A stretch of DNA of 64,000 nt from Tubulanus polymorphus (taxonomy: Eukaryota; Animalia; Nemertea), in the NCBI RefSeq assembly GCF_964204645.1, contig NC_134032.1, positions 3,434,175 to 3,498,174 on the forward strand, written 5' to 3'. The notes beneath the pieces were generated by a model. It was given only the letters and a program-made list of their open reading frames with translations. It was not told the DNA's origin and made no database searches. Shown here in pieces: positions 49,351 through 61,556 of this stretch; within the stretch, counting starts at the first letter, position 1, and each line of letters opens with the position of its first letter. Made by a program: the position numbers and the translations under genes.

Positions 49351-49353
49351 TTT

Positions 49354-52300
49354 CATACATTAGTAATTTTGATAATTCTAAAACTGAAGCGCCAACATAG
49401 ATTGGTTTATTAAATTTCATTGATGTTCTTCTCATCTTAACTGCAGCTAAATTTTTATCAAATATTCTGTTACCAATGAACTTAGGATATGATTGTAAAT
49501 GTCTAATTCTTTTACCATTACTAACTAACTCAATATCATTTCTATTTCTAATATTTTCACAAGTCTTACCATAGAATGCATTATTCATTAACTTGAAGAA
49601 ATCTTTCTCAAAATCAGTTTTAGCTTTAGTTCTCTGTTTGGTGTTAAAATCTATATATTTTTCTAACCACTTAGATTGACTAAATGAAATATATCTATGT
49701 ACTTTTTTTAGAACCATTCCTTGTTTTAGATAAAACTTTAACATTCTATAATGTACTACATATTTATATTTATCTTCTTGAGTTACCATTAACTTTTCTG
49801 TATGAATATGATTTTCGGGTTTAATTCGTTTTTTGGTAATTTGATAATTCTTCATAAGTTACAGTTTTATGTTCGGGACAGTAAGCTAGATTTCTAGATT
49901 TAAATTTTTTATCTTCAGGATATTCTAAATCTACAACAAATAAGTAACCAGTATCTGAATCATCTGCAATATCTAGAATTCTTTTCTTCCAATCAAATTT
50001 ATCATTATTTTCATTCTGTAAAACTTCACTTATTTCAAATACTCCATAAGGTTGTGGTTCCATCATTGCCCAACTATACAAATTATTTGCATCTATATAT
50101 AATAACTTATATCCAGGGTTATCATTTACATTGAAATATCTATCCCCTAATACACCTGAAACTCCTCCTCTTATAGATTTTTCAAATAATAGTAATTGAT
50201 CTATATTTGTTAACAAATCCATTTTTATATCTGTAAATTTTAATCCACAATCCCATGTTAATCCTGGTGATGAATAACAATGCCATGGATCAATATTAAA
50301 ATATTTTAGGTTAACATCTCTAAACCTTTCGAATATATCGGTTAATAATAATACATCTGATTTTAAGTATATATCTACTAATTGCCCATGATTTTCTATT
50401 TTGAAATGATTCCAAATATTCAATGTTCTATTATATACTTCATCTTTATCATATTCATTTTTTAATTCATCATAAAATTGTTCTTTTAATAATTCAGTTA
50501 TGTTAAAATGATTATGTGATTTATAAAATGAATATGGAATTGCTCCTTTATATCTCATTAATTGAAAATCATCATTATTTGGATAGTGTTGTTTTAATAT
50601 TTTTAATTCATCATCAACTAATGATTTTGATAAGTTATCTAATGAACTATTTAAAGATCTATATGAATCTATAAATCTTAAACACCCAAATTGGAATGAT
50701 ATAAAATTCTCAGATGTTTTAGCTAACATTCTAAATTTATAAGTTGGTATTTTATCTTTTGATCTATTTGAATTTAATCTTTCTATTTCATTATTAATTT
50801 CTTCTATTTTATGGCATAACTGTTTGATAAATAAATGTGCATCATATCCTGTTAAATTATGAAATATAACTGGTACAAAGTTTATTTTCTTAGCTTGTAA
50901 GTTACAATTCTCATGTGCAGCGCCTCTAAACTTTCCGCTCAAATGATCATGGTCTCTTACTTTTTTATCTTTATAATTAAATATCTTTTCACAATAATAA
51001 CATTTACCTGAAAACACAAATTCTTCTTTATCTTCTTCTGTCATTATAATGTCTATATTTGTATTCAATAATTTACTAAATCTTATTTCATATTCAATTA
51101 ATAAGTCACAAAAATGATTGATAACATTTTCATTTCTATAATCATAATATTCACTTTCAATTAGTTCTGGATAATCAGATTTAATATATAACCCGAAAGC
51201 AGCAGCTGATTGATGAATCTTTTTAATAGTGTTTGTTTTTGGTGGTTCATCTGAAAAATCATTTTCATTCGAATTTAATTTCTTTCTTTTATAATATATT
51301 TCTTTTCTATCTTGATCAGTTAATTCTTTATTTAATGATTCAAAATCTCCATATATTACAAATGGTACTTTATTTTTGTAATCATATTTTTTGAATTATA
51401 ATATTTTATCCTTTTCATTTGGTAAAACTAATTTACAATAATCATGATTTTCACATAATTGTTTATGATTTAATAATGCACTTTCATTACTGAATCTATG
51501 TAAACATTTTCTACAAAGATATATTTTACGAGTGTGATCATTTTCTGATTTAAAAAATAAATCGATTTGTTTAATCCACATATAATGATTCTCATAATAT
51601 AGTATATCTATAACATCGTTTGAATCATAATCTTTTGATAGGTATAAAGGTTCTAATGTATTGTGTTTTATATTATTACCTTTTGTTTTTGGTAATTTGA
51701 TTAAATCGAATACATTTATCTTTATATTATTATCTCTTTCTATTTTTGGGACGTTTTTAATTATAACAGGATACTTATCTATCTTATAATTATTTTCAAA
51801 TGGTTTATAATGAGTTAATCTACAAATATTATAAGTTGCAGGATGTAAGCAACTAATTATTGACCATAGAAAACATTTATCATCAGAATTTTGTACATTT
51901 ATAACAGCATTAGTTTTAAATGGTAATTTGATATAACTTGATCCGTTAATATTATCATCTTTATAATATGATACATTATTTTCATCAATTGGTTTTGATT
52001 TAGTTAACTTATTATATTTTGTGTTATAAACATGTAAAGTCATAAATATTATCTCATCAAATATTAAACCTGATCCTTCAAAATATTTCTCTTCTATTTT
52101 AGTTTTTACTTCATTATAACATTTATCTAATTTATCATCTATATGTTGTTTATATATAATATGTTGTGAATGAGAATTTATATTATGTATTGGTTTATCT
52201 TCAGATTTTATAAACTTTACTTTCACTGATATACTAATTTTAGGATATTCAACATCAGTTATTATTTTTATTATTTCTTTCATATTTTCTAAATGTTTTT

Positions 52301-52792
52301 TATTTTCTTCTAATGTTTTACCTTTATGAAATTTAAACTCAATAGCTGCTGGACCAATATCACTTTTAAATGCTTCGGTTATCTCTATATCTTTTTTATT
52401 ATCTAATGAATTAATATAATTTCTTACATCTTCCATGTATGGTCTTTTATTGTTTAATTTATTTTTTATGTTTTTAATTGTCTTCTGTTTCTTATAATTA
52501 TCTTTATCAAAATAATCTTCACCTAAAATATCATTATTCTTATTTCTAATATGACTTTTAGATTTTAAATGTTCTTTTTAATATCTTTTATCACTGAATG
52601 ATTGATTACATGAATCACATTTGTATGTTTCTTTTTCATTCTTTAATCATCTAATTTAGTTTCTAATATATCATCTTTATATTCTAGTTTCAATTTATTC
52701 TCTAAATGTGTTTTAGTTTTATTGTGTCTTGCTTTTTGGGATTTATCTATATTGATTTTACATGTTGAACAGTAGTACTTATTTGCTTCCAT
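49354..52792 (-). pseudogene. PolB, element D (stops, frameshifts, 3'-truncated)
   Basis: ORF pieces 51396-52436, 49821-51068, 49337-49855 colinear with PolB-B. Confidence 0.93.
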
Positions 52793-52871
52793 TTTAATAC
52801 TAAAATTTTTATTAAAATTGATTTTAGAAGTTATTCATTTATATTTTATTCATGTATATGAATATTTTAAG

Positions 52872-53265
52872 AGTAATAGGGAATATGTTGTTTCAGGTTA
52901 AAGGTTGAATGGTCGAGTTCATTAATAACAAATATTAAAAGTAATTTAAAACTATAATATATTTTCATAACCGTGTGCATTTCAGTTGAATATTATTATT
53001 ATTTGAATATATTTGATTATATGAATGTGTGTATTGTAAATAAATCAATTGGTCGCGGAGCGGAGCGGTAGCGAAGTGGAGCGACCAATTGATTTAATAC
53101 AATATGCTTTTAAAATTATTGATATCTTAGAATAAATATTTAGTTTTAATATAAAATGTACACGGTTATGAAAATATATTATAGTTTTAAATTACTTTTA
53201 ATGTTTTGTTTTTAATGAACTCGACCGTTCGACCTTTGATCTGAAACAACATATTCCCTATTACT
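52872..53265. repeat. Terminal palindromic hairpin of element D (394 bp)
   Basis: AGTAATAGGGAATATGTTG...CAACATATTCCCTATTACT; ~110-bp outer stem, large internal loop, inner stem TAAATCAATTGGTCGC/GCGACCAATTGATTTA. Confidence 0.95.
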
Positions 53266-53307
53266 CCCGTCAAACTGTTGCGTCACACTTTCATCCGTTC
53301 TCACTTT

Positions 53308-53960
53308 TGTACAATTTACTACAGAACAAACGAGAAAATGAAGTTAATCAACGCCTTGAAAAATAAAACATATTGCGTAATGTTGTCGATAACGAATTAT
53401 GTGATACAAATTGTATATTAAGGATAATATTGTATTTGTACAGATGGATCTCGCGAGAACCCTCGAGAAAATTACGAGATCTCACGATAACATTTGAGAA
53501 ACGATAAGAGATCCCGTATCGTTTCTCGAAGGTTCTCGCGAGGAACATACGAGATCCTCGCTAGAAACTTCGGGAAACGCGCCGCGATCTCGTGAGAACC
53601 TTCGAGACACTTACGCGAACATGAATCGTCGGTGTTAACGTACGGTTTGACGGAAGATACGAAAACTCTATGGCACCAACAACTGCAGGTGACTGGATAA
53701 AGCAAAGCGTTATAACTGCACCCATTCCTGTTACCACAATCTGAAAACAGGCGACAGAACAATACAAACAAAAATTGTTGTTTATAATGTGGATGTACCG
53801 ACTGAAGCAACTTAAGGAGCTTCAACAAAAGATATCCACGCAAAATTTCAAAAGTTTTGACCTCGATAAATGTCTACATTCCATTACCTCTACCCCTGTC
53901 CATCGAGTAAGAAAACGACCAAAGACATCATGCAGTCATAAGAAAGAATGACTCTTTTCC
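53308..53960 (+). repeat. Duplicated block, direct copy of 1-124 + 6252-6797 (uninterrupted version)
   Basis: Near-identical sequence from TGTACAATTTACTACAG through GACTCTTTTCC. Confidence 0.9.
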
Positions 53961-54289
53961 GTAATAGTCCCAGGTAACTGATTATTCTATACATGATTTA
54001 CGTAGAAGAGATGGTGTAGTTCAAATGGAATTCAATATCTTCCAAACCTAAAAGCGAATAATATTCGCTAAAATACCTTATATTCTATAAATAGATGCAT
54101 ATATTATAACTATTTCTAGATTTATTGACGCATTAGCGAGGATCATAATGCATCCCTCACCCGCAACGTTGTTTTATCAGCAAATGGATTCGGTTTTAGG
54201 AGGTGCTAATGGGCCGACCAAAGAGGCTTTCAAAATATCCCTGTAAGCGATATAATTACGTACACTGGAATAGCATAAACCTCAGGAAG

Positions 54290-55273
54290 ATGACAGTTAA
54301 AACTGGTACAAACTCTACCGATGAAACCGTGGCTCGTCACGCGTTTCTATCTGAAACGTGGCAGAACGCAGTTTGGTACACGTTCAATATCTACATCTAT
54401 TTCTGGATGGTGACCGGTGTTACGGGAGGTATACTGTCCATAGTCGTCATGATCCGGCTGCGTCGCACATTAGACGCGTGCACCTTTCAGTATCTGGTAC
54501 CGCTAGCTTTCTCCGATTCGATTTTTGTCGTCACTTTTTCGTTAAAGTCTCTGGAACGAATTCACATCGTGGCCGGCGATGCTCACGGCCGCTACGTGTT
54601 CTACGCCGTTACTGATACCATCTGTAAACTGGGAATGGTGCTCATCAATTTTGGAATCAACACCTCTTCGTGGATTCTGTTGTGTTTTGCAGTGGAGCGT
54701 AGTATGGCTGTAGTGGTTCCTTTGCGCATCGGAAAACTGGTGACCCGGGGTCGACGCCGGAATCTTGTTGTATCAGTGTTTCTTTACTACGTCGTAACGG
54801 AAGGCGCTCAGGGCGTCACTTACCACGTTGAAACCATAGGACATAACTTGAAAAACTGCAAGACGAATACCGCCTCAGAAATCATAGCAAAAATAATCGT
54901 AATCTATTCTTACATGACGATGATTATAATTCCTTGGATTGGTTTGATATTTTCGATGGTTTTGATCGCTACTCAGTTCGCCAGACGAGATGTCCAATTC
55001 AAAAACGTGAACACTTCCGAACAGGAACGCAGATGCGTGCGCAATCTAATTTGCATAATCATCGCCTTTTTCGTACTGAACGGGCCGAACACGGTACTAA
55101 ACTTGATCAACTATTCTAGCGATGTAGTGACGCATTTACCAAATGAAATGAGACATTTGATGAACCTTATCGGCGGCGTCTTAATGGTCACAAACAGTGC
55201 TATAAATTTCTTCATATATATCGTGAATTTAAAGTCAGTTCGTGAAGAACTGGTCCGGATAATGAAGCCATGA
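54290..55273 (+). CDS. Intronless class A (rhodopsin-like) GPCR, invertebrate peptide/chemoreceptor type
   Basis: Seven hydrophobic helices; LAFSD, ICK, SSWILLCFAVERS, FFVLNGP, NSAINFFIY; N-glycosylation site NST; likely start MTVK. Confidence 0.92.
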   Translation: MTVKTGTNSTDETVARHAFLSETWQNAVWYTFNIYIYFWMVTGVTGGILSIVVMIRLRRTLDACTFQYLVPLAFSDSIFVVTFSLKSLERIHIVAGDAHGRYVFYAVTDTICKLGMVLINFGINTSSWILLCFAVERSMAVVVPLRIGKLVTRGRRRNLVVSVFLYYVVTEGAQGVTYHVETIGHNLKNCKTNTASEIIAKIIVIYSYMTMIIIPWIGLIFSMVLIATQFARRDVQFKNVNTSEQERRCVRNLICIIIAFFVLNGPNTVLNLINYSSDVVTHLPNEMRHLMNLIGGVLMVTNSAINFFIYIVNLKSVREELVRIMKP

Positions 55274-55892
55274 GAACCGAGGTACCGAAGATAAGGGCGT
55301 TACTATGATGCAACCTGGGACCAGTTCCACAGTTGTGAGTTACGATTTAACTCTGAGTCAACTCATTGAAAATTAAGTAACTTTATTTTAACTCAAGTGT
55401 CCGGGGCTGCCCTTACCGGAAAATGATTAAAAATATCAAAACAAAAACAAAATAATTATCAAAATGATTGCAGATGATGGATTCGAATTAGGGGCAGCTT
55501 TCTGTACGAATTCATCGGACGAAAATAGAACCTGATAAGTTTGATTTCATAATTGACAAGTAGAAAAGCTGTTTCCCTGAAGTCCGTTATAAAAGGAGGC
55601 CGTGGTAAAGTAACCAGAATGTATAACTAGGTATAAAGGACTGAGCCGGCAGTATGTATGTCAGGAGGATGGCTGATTGATAGATTATTAGCTACCTAAA
55701 ATTAGTCTGAAAGATTAAGTACTTCATCTTCAGACTATACCTCAGAACAATCAGATTCCAACCATGCTGACTATGCCAGATATCCAGTTGATATCTAAGT
55801 AAAGCGCTGGTTGAAGTCAGGGAGTGTTTACCAAATATTTTTTGCGAAGTTGATATGTACCTTTACTATGTATAGTTCATTCCTAATAGAGT

Positions 55893-57605
55893 CTACGCCA
55901 CGTTCGCAGTTCCCGCGTCGTTTGCCTGGTGCAGACGATCTCGAAGTTCGTCTTGAGACTTTTGCAGCTGAAAAAAATTAAAATCGTTAAAAATCGTTGC
56001 AACCGCAAAACACAATAATTAGTCAGTACTTCACTAGATTGGATGACGGTATTAGCACATGGCCCACCAAAAACCAGTTTATACAAAATCTACTATTAAA
56101 ATAGGATTTTTTCAGGTTGCCACAAATTCTAGTTTGCGACAAGTTGAAGATGTCCTCCACCTATGAAATAATTGATAAACGCAGGTTTAAATTCGATTTA
56201 TTTTCCTAAGCGAAGGGTTGAAATCATGAATGAAGGCACGAAGCTTAAATGTGAACTGTTTCATCGCTTGGTGGATGAATCTGATCCACTGCCCCTTTTA
56301 CCAATCACTGGCGCTTGTGACATAAAGTTGGGCGTTCGACAACTATCTGAAGTACGTAAATATTACACAGTTGGTACATAGGATACTGCCTTTTGGACCC
56401 TAACTGTGCTACCATTATCACTGTAGGACCAAGGTAAATTCCGTCCCCAGACCCATAACCACAACCTGGAAGCTTCACCGCCGGTTCCCTCCAATGTAGG
56501 ATATGATAAAACGCTTACAAGGTAAAGTTCAGTTTCGCGCTGTTTTGCCTCCTCCATTCTCCTCCGCATTTCATGCATTCTCTATAAAAAAAGGAAATAC
56601 TACTATAATTAATGAAATTTAATCGAGGCACTTAAATGGTAAAAGTTCACGTGGAAGACCTTTAATTGAATACGTTATTCAGATTAGAATGAAAGAATTA
56701 TTCTCGACCTAGTACCATGATTCTCAGCTTAAATCTAAGGGCACCCGAGTAGCCTTCCAGGTGGATGACTGTAGGACCACTGTATCCTGTTTACTCAGGA
56801 TCTCTGTGGAAGGGGTTGTAACGATATTTGAGTTAATGTCAGCTTGAGAGTAGATCAACACAACCTTGAATTGCTGAACTAATACAAAAACGTTTAAGCC
56901 TAAAAACGGTTAAGTTTGAATTGTCGTCCCCATTGAAAACATGAAGTAACCAATAGCGATTACACCAAAAATTTGAGTTAAACTTTTTTGAGAAACTTGA
57001 CCCTGAATTTTATTTCACACCAAAACACCAGATTTTCGAATAAAAGTGCATGCGCGTAGATATAGATTGTGGTCACTACCCAATACACAAACCGTGTGTC
57101 CGTTTAGTTATAATGGTTTCCGGTCATAGAATTGCGTGGTAAGATGAGTCGAGCTAAAGTAAATACACATGTTATAATTATCGACGATCCTGTGGGCTGG
57201 GAAACGGCCGGGAAGACGATCTCGTGTTCCGTGTGGCTTGGACAAAATAGTGGATACCCTTAGGAGTCATCGGACGTGTGTCGAAAACAGGTCTGGGCAG
57301 TTGCTCGCAGATGACCGAGCGAATGCGAAGCGGAAGGTGAACGCAGCAAAGTACCAACCTGACGTCATGAGCTCCCATGATTGTGGATTATTGATATATT
57401 CTAGTGGTTATGAATCTATTGCTATGAATTACTATCATAATTCGTTAAATGTATCGATGATTTCACGTACCCTTGTAGCCCGTTCGATGCTTCTCTCGTG
57501 CGAGAAACAGGGAATGCCGTTGTTTTTGCGACCCTCGTATTTACTGATAAACAACGGATACGTGGGCATCAGTTGATTCATTTTCTTGTTGCGTCTCGGT
57601 TGAGT
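55893..57605 (-). pseudogene. Three in-phase 3' exons of a host gene (57471-57605, 56519-56581, 55893-55967)
   Basis: GT-AG, all phase 0: ...KYEGRKNNGIPCFSHERSIERATR|RMHEMRRRMEEAKQRETELYL|LQKSQDELRDRL...*; possibly the tail of the AGBL-like gene. Confidence 0.5.
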
Positions 57606-58657
57606 CTGCGGTAGCGTGAAAAAGATGAAGTAGAAATATAGTTTCAATAAGAAACAGAAAATGATGAAATTACTTTTAAGATTTTTAAGTTACTAGTTAA
57701 AGAACTTATGTCCAGTGGAAATGTTTTTAATAAAGGTTCTACTCATTTTCTGGTCAATCCTCATTGTGGACGAGTTTCCTCAGGATGATGATGTGACTGT
57801 GGAGACTTGTCAAACTTCATAGGAAAATATCTTGGCCGATTAGGTGCAAGGACATGGAAACTTTTGTGGACAGGCGGAGAGACTGACGGAGGACGGGGTG
57901 AATTCAGCATGCGCCTAACAACGCGTTGTAAGGGCATAATAATCCACCATGATTCTCTAAATTACTAATGGCTTGTCCTCCCAGAAGGACGTAGATTTGT
58001 CTTTCTTTCTAAGTGCTCTAAAGTCTCACAAGCAAACAAAACAGCAATGAAATAACGTGAGGTCCACAAAACAGCACAACAATAACAACACGTATATAGA
58101 AAACTTACCCGAAAACACCCGTCATATACCAATGAGTAAAAGCAATTCGGCTGAATTTAAAAAGCAAAGTTAACTATACTATCTTATAGAATTTCTAATT
58201 TTCTAACCGGATATATTTGAGAAAGGCAGAAAATAGTCTATGTGATAGATTTTTCTCAGAACATAAAATCATTGACTGATAAAACGATCCGATAGTTAGC
58301 GTAAGATAAACCACGGAATCAGCGACTTATCATAATCAGGAAAGTAGCTGAATTCCCGACGGCTCCGAACAGGAACAAGTCAGACAGAATGCCTGACCGC
58401 TGAACCTGACCGCTTCGCTACAGACATCAGTAGATGACAGGTTTAAAGATACTTGTACTAAATTTCCATCTGAAGGTGCCACACCAAGCACCTCAGAAAG
58501 TTTTTTTTTGGCGGTAGTCGTTTGACTGAAAGCTTAAAACGGTAATCATGTTCACAAAATTAAGCGCATTCGGTTAAAAGTTCCGACCTCTAGTCGACTA
58601 GATACGAAATTGAAAACGAATTTTGCCCAGGCAGCTGTGCGTTCAGAAGATATTTAC

Positions 58658-58844
58658 CTGTGAAATTCGTAACCGTCAGCAGGAAACAACTATTCCCGGC
58701 TTTCGACTCGCAGAGCACTTCCCGTTTGACGACGTGTCGGCGTTTCGGGTCGGTTGTAATCGAGTCGATGTCGTTTTTCATGTCGGTATAGGTATACTGG
58801 TAGCAGTGCGCGAAATAGCACGTGTCACCCAACTGCGGGAAATC
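58658..58844 (-). pseudogene. Exon of a cytosolic carboxypeptidase (AGBL/CCP family)
   Basis: DFPQLGDTCYFAHCYQYTYTDM...VLCESKAGNSCFLLTVTN with AG/GT boundaries; matches CCP motif DTCYFAHCYPYTY...LC...AGN...LTIT. Confidence 0.8.
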
Positions 58845-60830
58845 CTGAAAAAAATTTGCAAGAAAAACGGTTCTGATTTTACAATTTCATAATTTTTGTT
58901 ACTTATTTCTAGCACAGAATTTCAGTTTTAGTCAGTTTTATTCGAGCATACTTTCAAAAGACTTTTATGTCTTTCGCATATCTTTTGCTTATATTTTTCT
59001 TGTAAATTAAGTGCTTTTCGAACATAGAAAAATTCAATTTTAAATACTAAATTTTCCCAAAAATCATTTTATCATGGTCGTACATCGGCGAACTGACAAT
59101 TGTTTTTTCCAATTGTTCAGTACAAAGAGAAGCAGACATTATACACAGGATTCTCTGGTTGGTTCTATTTACATACCGTTTGCCCCCCCCCCCCCAGCTG
59201 ATGGTAAATACCTCGATCTCGTAGCAACAGTGGACAATGAGTACGCAGCACGTTCCGGCAGTAACTTATGAGAAAAAGATCAGATTTGAAAAAAACATCA
59301 ATAGCTTACGAGATTTTGAGATTAATTTCGACAATTAGATAATATGCAGCAAAGGATTTATTATACATCGCAAATTCAGTGATTTTTTGAACCGACGAAT
59401 TTTCGACGAAGATTCGGCAAGGATCCATCAGGTTTGCAGGTAGTTACTTGTAAGAATTTATTTTACATCTCAATTAATATAAAATAGGCTTTTCTACTAC
59501 AAAGTTAATCAACTGATTTCAATGAAAACTGTACCGATCACCGATAGTAGAAAAGTCTTCAATATTAATTAGGATATTCTCTGGAGGCTTGCGCAGTATC
59601 TGCGTTCGGGAGTTAAAAGTTGATAGAAAATGAACTAATCTAAGGCGAAGGACGCACAACCCACTGTTCGTTACGCCACCTGGTGGACTGTCAGCACCTG
59701 GTTGTCGCGTACCTGATATGGTGACCTCGTCGATACCAGCCTAGTTGATTCCGCTGAGCTTCCATCTCCGAGTAGAATAGCGGACGCATACCTTCAAAAA
59801 TACTCATATCTGATACACTTTCAACATCACAAATACGATTTTCTAATGTGACTTTGCATATATGATATATATAATTAGTTTATTTGTCTGGCTTTACGTC
59901 GCTTAGATCTTGGTTACCCAAGACTAACCCTATTAGATTGCTCATTCAACCTCACGACAGGACCGCGGTCTTTGAAGTGTTGCCCGCACACTGTAAGCAG
60001 CCAGCAGGACTCGAACCCATGGGTCACACACACGATAACATAAAATTGACCATGAGATTTGTAAATCAATGTGCATGATCTGTTTGTGGGAGAGAGTAAG
60101 TCGGAAGTAGGTCGGAAGAGGGTGATGAGATAGCGATTGAGATAGAGAGACAGTTATGGGAAGAGAGGCTGAGGGGGAGGCGGCTGGGAGGGGGAGGGGA
60201 CTGAATCTTACCATGATTGTACAGACTATCAGCTTTCAGGACGTGAACCTTTACACCTAACAAAAAAAAACGAGAGAGGTAAATTATCTCAGGCATACAT
60301 GTGGTGCAACCTACGCACACTCAGACTGATGAAATAGCCGTGTTCAAATTATCCTTCATAACCGTTCACCCATAACGAAGCTTATGTGAACCGTATAGAT
60401 TAGGCCTACCAAACAAATGAGAAGTAAATGATCTCAGCCCCTGGACTTCCATCATGAACAAATTGATCAAAAAAACAATACATCAAAAATAATTAACTAA
60501 GATGTCAAAAAGCTCGTTGTATAATCGGTGAGGTAAATTTCTCGGCAGAACTAACGCATTCTCAAATGATTCGTGAATTTCTCAAATGTATCAAAAATTG
60601 AACGAAGTCCTCAAATATTCATAAACGAACAGTTAAAAATTGTTGAAACATGTCGACTCGGCCGTAAAATCAACCCATTAACGACCCCGTTTGTGGGATA
60701 ATTATGATGTAATTCCGATCTCAGTACGAAACTGAGCTGGCCGCGTATTTTCTGTAGTGTGAACGCAGATTCAGCGCTTAGCTAGCCGCGTATTTACATC
60801 CGCGCAGTACAAAACACTTAGCACTAATTA

Positions 60831-61074
60831 CACTCCCCTCTATTAGCACACCGGGTGACTACTATACTGGGCTTACTTAGTGCCGAATCGCGACTCGTAG
60901 TGTGAACGGAACTGGCCGTGTAAGCGAAGTACGGTACTTCGTAAGCGCCGAATCTAGTGTGAACGCGGCTATAGCTTATACCGGTACAGCCATTAGCGTT
61001 CACACTACGAGTCGTGATTCGGCACTTCGTAAGCCCAGTATAGTAGTCACCCAGTGTGCCAATAGAGAGGAGTG
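60831..61074. mobile_element. MITE with TA target duplication (Tc1/mariner-type ends)
   Basis: TA|CACTCCCCTCTATTAGCACAC...GTGTGCCAATAGAGAGGAGTG|TA, ~80-bp inverted arms. Confidence 0.8.
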
Positions 61075-61085
61075 TAATTAATTGT

Positions 61086-61556
61086 GAAATATCCACTTAA
61101 TGAAATGTCTACACAATACCAAGAACAACCTGATTTGATTCTGTACGGAGTTCATTCATATATTTTCGTCATAATAATCGGAGGCAGTATTTCCATTGAT
61201 TTTTTCAATAGCGTCATTTCAGCCATGGACTGTAAAAAAAACGTTACTAATTCCATGAACGTTGCTCATCTCCCAGTAAAATATTGTATTTGATTCCTTT
61301 CTCGTTGTGGTTTTGTCAAAGCTATAATTTCACAGTCCGATCAGTGAAACATATAGCTACTCAGTTATCAACGGTATAGCCAATAATCTACAGAACCACC
61401 CGAATAGCGATAATTATCAAATTGTACTAGTGACACACGTTTTTGTAATGATTTTATCGAACATGTCATTCAATAATCGATGTGATCGGGTAAAATCTCG
61501 CCCGGTAAAAGTCCCTTTCAGTAAAAATACCCTTGATAAATATACTCCAAGGTATA
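61086..61556 (-). repeat. Dispersed repeat, inverted copy of ~5240-5715
   Basis: Colinear similarity, e.g. GATTATTGAATGACATGTTCGATAAAATCAT and GCTATTCGGGTGGTTCTGTAGATTATTGGC. Confidence 0.85.

Larger units (their letters stand above)
13419..49353 (+). mobile_element. Endogenous Polinton-like virus, element A (13419-27446 + 43441-49353; interrupted by element B and a DNA transposon)
   Basis: PolB, penton, MCP, ATPase and integrase genes; right-end TIR remnant (49262-49353) carries the A-specific PolB start CKRSIDK; Zn-finger gene is split across the B insertion. Confidence 0.9.
49354..53265 (-). mobile_element. Inverted left-end fragment of a third Polinton-like element (D)
   Basis: Distinct hairpin, same promoter arm and a third PolB variant truncated at SKLLMYE. 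Confidence 0.9.

Noticed and set aside
13692-52792. Repeated gene blocks as an assembly artefact
   Set aside because: Copies differ by many synonymous changes, private indels and distinct hairpins, and TIR variants pair logically (A with A, B with B).
13419-53265. Endogenous parvovirus or bidnavirus, suggested by the hairpins
   Set aside because: No HUH Rep/SF3 helicase or parvoviral capsid was recognised; the gene set is Polinton-like.
13407-53275. Whole 40-kb cluster as one giant element with a TSD
   Set aside because: Flanks AATATC and CCCGTC do not match, and the two outer hairpins and PolB starts belong to different variants (A and D).
54203-54289. 29-aa N-terminal extension of the GPCR
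   Set aside because: Starts at GTG; the ATG at 54290 follows a possible splice acceptor and gives a typical glycosylated N-terminus.
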